From contig OX597839.1 in assembly GCA_951406725.2 (NCBI GenBank), positions 9,982,001 through 10,046,000 on the forward strand: 64,000 nt of DNA, written 5' to 3'. Below, one piece after another: positions 62,401 through 64,000 of the stretch. The notes below the pieces were generated by a model. It ran no database searches. It was not told the origin of the DNA and was given only the letters and a program-made list of their open reading frames with translations. Source of the stretch: Octopus vulgaris (Eukaryota). Both the position numbers and the translations under genes were made by a program. Each line of letters starts with the position of its first letter. Position 1 is the stretch's first letter.

Positions 62401-62714
62401 ATTGCATTTTATCCACTCTAGAAATTATAATGATTTTACCACAGGAAAACTTTGGCAATACTGAATAAGTTCCAATTTCTGACATAGAGATATATAAAAA
62501 AATTAACATGGCCTCACCCCATCTTTTCCTGTTTGCAGTAAGAATCAGTCTTGTAGCCAAATGATATTAGAGAATATTAGAAAATTTGAAAAACAGTGCC
62601 ACTGTCTAATTTAAAAACAGGAAGTCTTAGTTATTGAAGGTTATGATAATATAGCATAATGGTAGATATTAAAGCAACAGCTTCCACAAATTTTAGTTTC
62701 TTCCAGATTTCCTT

Positions 62715-63118
62715 CTATAAGCAAGGATAGCTTTAAGATATTTTAATGGCAGTATCTAAATGGAATTTTAATGGGTGGTGAAAAACTGAGCTGAGCAGCA
62801 GAAGATCTTCAGAGAGGAAGCCCCTCTCAGGCAGGTGTTCCAGCCCTTAATTTCTTACACACTAAGTAGGCTAGGCCACGTCCAGGTCATGGTTCCTGAG
62901 TACCCTTCTGCTATAAGCAAGGATAGCTTTAAGATATTTTAATGGCAGTATCTAAATGGAATTTTAATGGGTGGTGAAAAACTGAGCTGAGCAGCAGAAG
63001 ATCTTCAGAGAAGAAGCCCCTCTCAGGCAGGTGTTCCAGCCCTTAATTTCTTACACACTAAGGGGGCTAGGCCATGTCCAGGTCATGTCCAGGTCATGGT
63101 TCTTGGGTACCTTTCTGC
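62715..63118. repeat. ~196-bp tandem duplication
   Basis: ctataagcaaggatag starts at both 62715 and 62911. Confidence 0.85.
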
Positions 63119-63499
63119 CGACACTTTTTAGTCACTTGTGGGAAGTAACATTTAATGATTATTATTTTTATTAATGTTACAAAATATGTTTTAATGGGAT
63201 TTTAAAGGAATTGTTGTTAGCATTTCAAAGAGCTTTAGTTGGGGATTCAATATTTTAATGGGGTCTTAAGTGTAGTTTTAACAGAATTTTTGAGTATTTT
63301 TTTAAAGATTTATATTAATAGAATATCAATGGATTTAGAATAGGATTTGGATGGAGTTAAAATGTTCATAAATGGTAGTTTATTGGAATTTTAATTGGAT
63401 TTTTAATGAATTTTAAATGGGATTTTAATAAGGTTCTAATAGAATTTCCAGATGACTTTTATTGCTGCTAATTTTATACTTTTTCTCTCTCTTTTTCAG

Positions 63500-63598
63500 G
63501 GATGCTTCCAGAAACTTGTTTTTTCAATATTTGCTTGCATCATCGGATCATCATTCCAGTATGGCTACCACATAGGAGTACTGAACTTGCCAGAAAAA
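63500..63598 (+). CDS. SLC2A: SLC2A/GLUT transporter, TM1 exon (GCFQKLVFSIFACIIGSSFQYGYHIGVLNLPEK); the gene continues to the right
   Basis: Matches the GLUT TM1 signature GS(S)xQ(F/Y)GYNxGVxNxP. Strong acceptor and gtgagt donor after PxK, the same intron position as in vertebrate GLUT1. The paralog cannot be assigned. Confidence 0.9.
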
Positions 63599-64000
63599 GT
63601 GAGTGTACATTTTTACCACTGTTTGTTCGTTTGTTTCTTCCTTTCTCTGATTCTTTCATGTGCACCATCTGTCTATCCATCTATCTATCTGTTTGTCGAC
63701 CGAGGTTACCGTGGTCTTTTCCGTAAGCTTTTCTTCCCACGGATAAACCTTATCTGCTTCGCCCTTTACACCTTACATCATGACACTGTGATATACGATC
63801 CCTATCGATCGTTTTTTTTCTTCTTTTTTCTTTTCTTTTGTTTCTTTTCCTTTTTCTTTTTTTTTCTTCTTTCCCTTTTACGATCACTTTTGATCAAAAA
63901 CCTACCCCATCTTTTTTTTTTCTTTCCCCAAAAAAGAAAAGCTCTACTTTGTAATCTGTCCTGTCTGTGTGCAACCCTGTGTGGCTAATAAAGAAACATA

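Noticed and set aside
63452-63988. 178-aa ORF as a complete membrane protein
   Set aside because: Only 63500-63598 is GLUT-like and splice-bounded. The rest is T-rich intron read-through.

Overview
AT-rich, repeat-dense eukaryotic DNA. The SINE, LINE and microsatellite content resembles octopus (inference, not a database result). Two intron-rich genes diverge head-to-head. The first is a minus-strand gene with 13 phase-consistent coding exons (ATG at 34921, about 709 codons before it leaves the window on the left), encoding a low-complexity protein I do not recognise. The second is a plus-strand SLC2A/GLUT sugar transporter with its first three coding exons at 50552-50701, 58645-58752 and 63500-63598. 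The rest is tRNA-derived SINEs, RTE/CR1/R4 LINE remnants, mariner remnants, Merlin-, piggyBac- and hAT-type MITEs, Helitrons and large foldbacks. The main signal invisible in the ORF track is a set of type I hammerhead ribozyme motifs from several unrelated sequence families. Most sit as divergent twin-hammerhead palindromes, and one lies downstream of a Penelope GIY-YIG remnant. The best example is a retrozyme-like array at 28.8-29.6 kb with 8 motifs carrying the compensated U3:A8 core.
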